Made by a program: the position numbers and the translations under genes. From IMG/VR virus record IMGVR_UViG_3300043412_000080, positions 1 through 47,386 of that record: a stretch of DNA of 47,386 bases; one strand, 5' to 3'. Shown here in pieces: positions 45,743-47,386 of this stretch. Every line of letters starts with the position of its first letter. Positions within the stretch are counted from its first letter, which is position 1. Under the pieces are notes generated by a model, which saw nothing but the letters and a program-made list of their open reading frames with translations, was not told the DNA's origin and did not search any database. This DNA comes from a virus (Duplodnaviria; Caudoviricetes).

Positions 45743-45907
45743 ATGACAAATTGCAATTCATGTGCAAACACAAGAAAATCAATAGTTAAGTCTATAAAAT
45801 CTGCCGTGGTAAATGATGATGGTGATTTAAAAATGCCCACCACAGACGAATTATCCACGGTTATAAAAAAAACAATCGTAGGCGTTCGCCGAATCATAAG
45901 GGGGTAA
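45743..45907 (+). CDS. small hypothetical protein with CxxC
   Basis: MTNCNSCANTRK after promoter TTGTCA-16bp-TATAAT. Confidence 0.5.
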   Translation: MTNCNSCANTRKSIVKSIKSAVVNDDGDLKMPTTDELSTVIKKTIVGVRRIIRG

Positions 45908-45908
45908 T

Positions 45909-46568
45909 ATGTCACAATCACAAATATTATTTTCAGTCAAAAGCGATGTTGATTCGGTGCGTTCAATATTTTTTAGCTTATCAAATGAAATTAAAGACAA
46001 AATGTTGCCGTTTGCCGTTAATCAAGTAGGCAATAAAGCTTTTACATTTTCTGTACGCAAGATGTCAGCAGTGACGGGGATACCGCAGAAAAACCTTAGG
46101 CATGGCTCGGCAGGATTAAAAGAGGGTTCAAAGCCTATCATGACAAAACGGGCAGGGTCTGTCAGTATTCCTAAATTTGAGGTAAAAGTCCGCTCCCGTT
46201 GGCTTCACATATCCGAATCATATTTTAACCCAGTGCAAAATAAAACGGGGGTGTCCACGAAGTATTACAACGCACGACGCACTTTTGAACACGCTTTTCT
46301 TGCAAAAGGCAAAAACTCGCAAAAAAAACTTGCATTTTTACGCACATCACAATTAACAGGCGAAGTTGGTAAGCGTGGCAAGAAATTAAAAAAATATAAA
46401 TTAAAAGCGGTATGGGCGTTCAATCCTGCCCGTGAATTTATGAAAGACAGAGTCGCCGATGATATTATCAATACATACGCCCCGATGATACCGATACTGT
46501 ATGAAAAAAAACTCTTACAATCCATATCAAGACGCAAAATGAAACTATCTAGCTATAAGCAAAAATAA
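45909..46568 (+). CDS. gpZ-like minor tail / neck protein
   Basis: AVNQVGNKA, RRTFEHAFLA, strongly basic; such genes often precede cos-terS. Confidence 0.6.
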   Translation: MSQSQILFSVKSDVDSVRSIFFSLSNEIKDKMLPFAVNQVGNKAFTFSVRKMSAVTGIPQKNLRHGSAGLKEGSKPIMTKRAGSVSIPKFEVKVRSRWLHISESYFNPVQNKTGVSTKYYNARRTFEHAFLAKGKNSQKKLAFLRTSQLTGEVGKRGKKLKKYKLKAVWAFNPAREFMKDRVADDIINTYAPMIPILYEKKLLQSISRRKMKLSSYKQK

Positions 46569-46865
46569 AAAGGGGGGGGTGTTTTGAAAAATAAAGGGGG
46601 TATGTTTTTCAGATTTGCACTATAAACTATTTGACATCATGTTCTAATTATCATAACCTATAAATACATATACATTTCCCTGTATATCTTTTATTTTTTT
46701 CACACCAAAGCACCCTATATGTAATAACTGTTTTATCCTATTTTTCAGTGTTTATGCGTAAGGTGTTTTTGTATGTTATGGCATTTCAATAATATACAAG
46801 GTTACAATAGCTTTAAATATATTATATGGATATATAATGATGTCATAGAATTGACGCTATATTAA

Positions 46866-47024
46866 TCATATTGGTATGCTTATATATATAGGGAAGAATC
46901 CAAAATCGTCGTGTCTAAATACTCGATATTCTTTTAAAAGTTCTTTGTAAAGGTTTAGTTTACGAATCGTTTCAGTGTCACCCCGTTTTTTTGCACATCG
47001 CAAGGCATTTTTCAAAATAATCAT
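46866..47024 (-). CDS. small hypothetical protein (52 aa, not in ORF track)
   Basis: AAAGGA RBS; MIILKNALRCAKKRGDTETIRKL...; upstream TTGACG-17bp-TATACA. Confidence 0.55.
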   Translation of the reverse strand: MIILKNALRCAKKRGDTETIRKLNLYKELLKEYRVFRHDDFGFFPIYISIPI

Positions 47025-47041
47025 TTTCTGTCCTTTTCTTA

Positions 47042-47057
47042 TCCGCTTGATTGCGTC
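47042..47057 (-). repeat. leader motif GACGCAATCAAGCGGA, inverted copy of 3303-3318
   Basis: Exact 16-bp match; both copies lie between a promoter and an RBS. Confidence 0.85.
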
Positions 47058-47374
47058 TATTTATTCACTTTAACACCTATTTATTAATTAAGCGTTAATT
47101 ATGTATAAGACAATTATTTAAATTCGTCAATAGTTATTTTTCATAAAACATACATAATAATACAACATACACCCAATAACGAACACACCCACCCACACGC
47201 TCGCACGTTCTTATATAGCAAAATATAATCAATTAAATGTCAATAAAAACAATGTGTTACAATGTAAATAACTTTTTACCGTTGTAAATGGTTGCAAAAT
47301 ACATCGTCATAATTAATCATTTTGTCATACAGTTGTCATAAAAAGGTACTTTTGAGACTAAAGGCACAACCGAG

Positions 47375-47386
47375 GGTATCATTGCC
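47375..47386. other. cosN, right copy of the 12-nt cohesive end
   Basis: Identical to bases 1-12. Confidence 0.8.

Overview
The window looks like a complete, AT-rich (roughly one-third GC by eye) ~47.4 kb tailed phage genome opened at its cos site; the 12-nt sequence GGTATCATTGCC is repeated at both ends. It has lambda-like packaging and head genes (TerS/TerL-GpA, gpW, portal, S49 protease, decoration D, capsid E) joined to a Mu-like contractile tail, with two receptor-binding proteins that share an N-terminal anchor. Replication and recombination use an HTH initiator with an internal palindromic ori, DnaB, RusA, a RecE-like nuclease, a Sak4-like ATPase and SSB. A GcrA-like regulator and the SSB type suggest an alphaproteobacterial host. 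I found no integrase, CI-type repressor, partition system or protelomerase. The most unusual signal is a set of four unannotated minus-strand small-RNA units, each with its own sigma70-like promoter: two tRNA-like, one antisense to the ribosome-binding site of an early gene, and one with a GcrA-type GANTC motif in its promoter spacer. Also notable are an early cluster of exported proteins (LapG-like protease, lipoprotein, SleB-like hydrolase), a repeat-flanked Tad2 gene, an inverted packaging block and a pure (GAG)13 tract. All protein calls come from motif recognition and gene order, not database searches.
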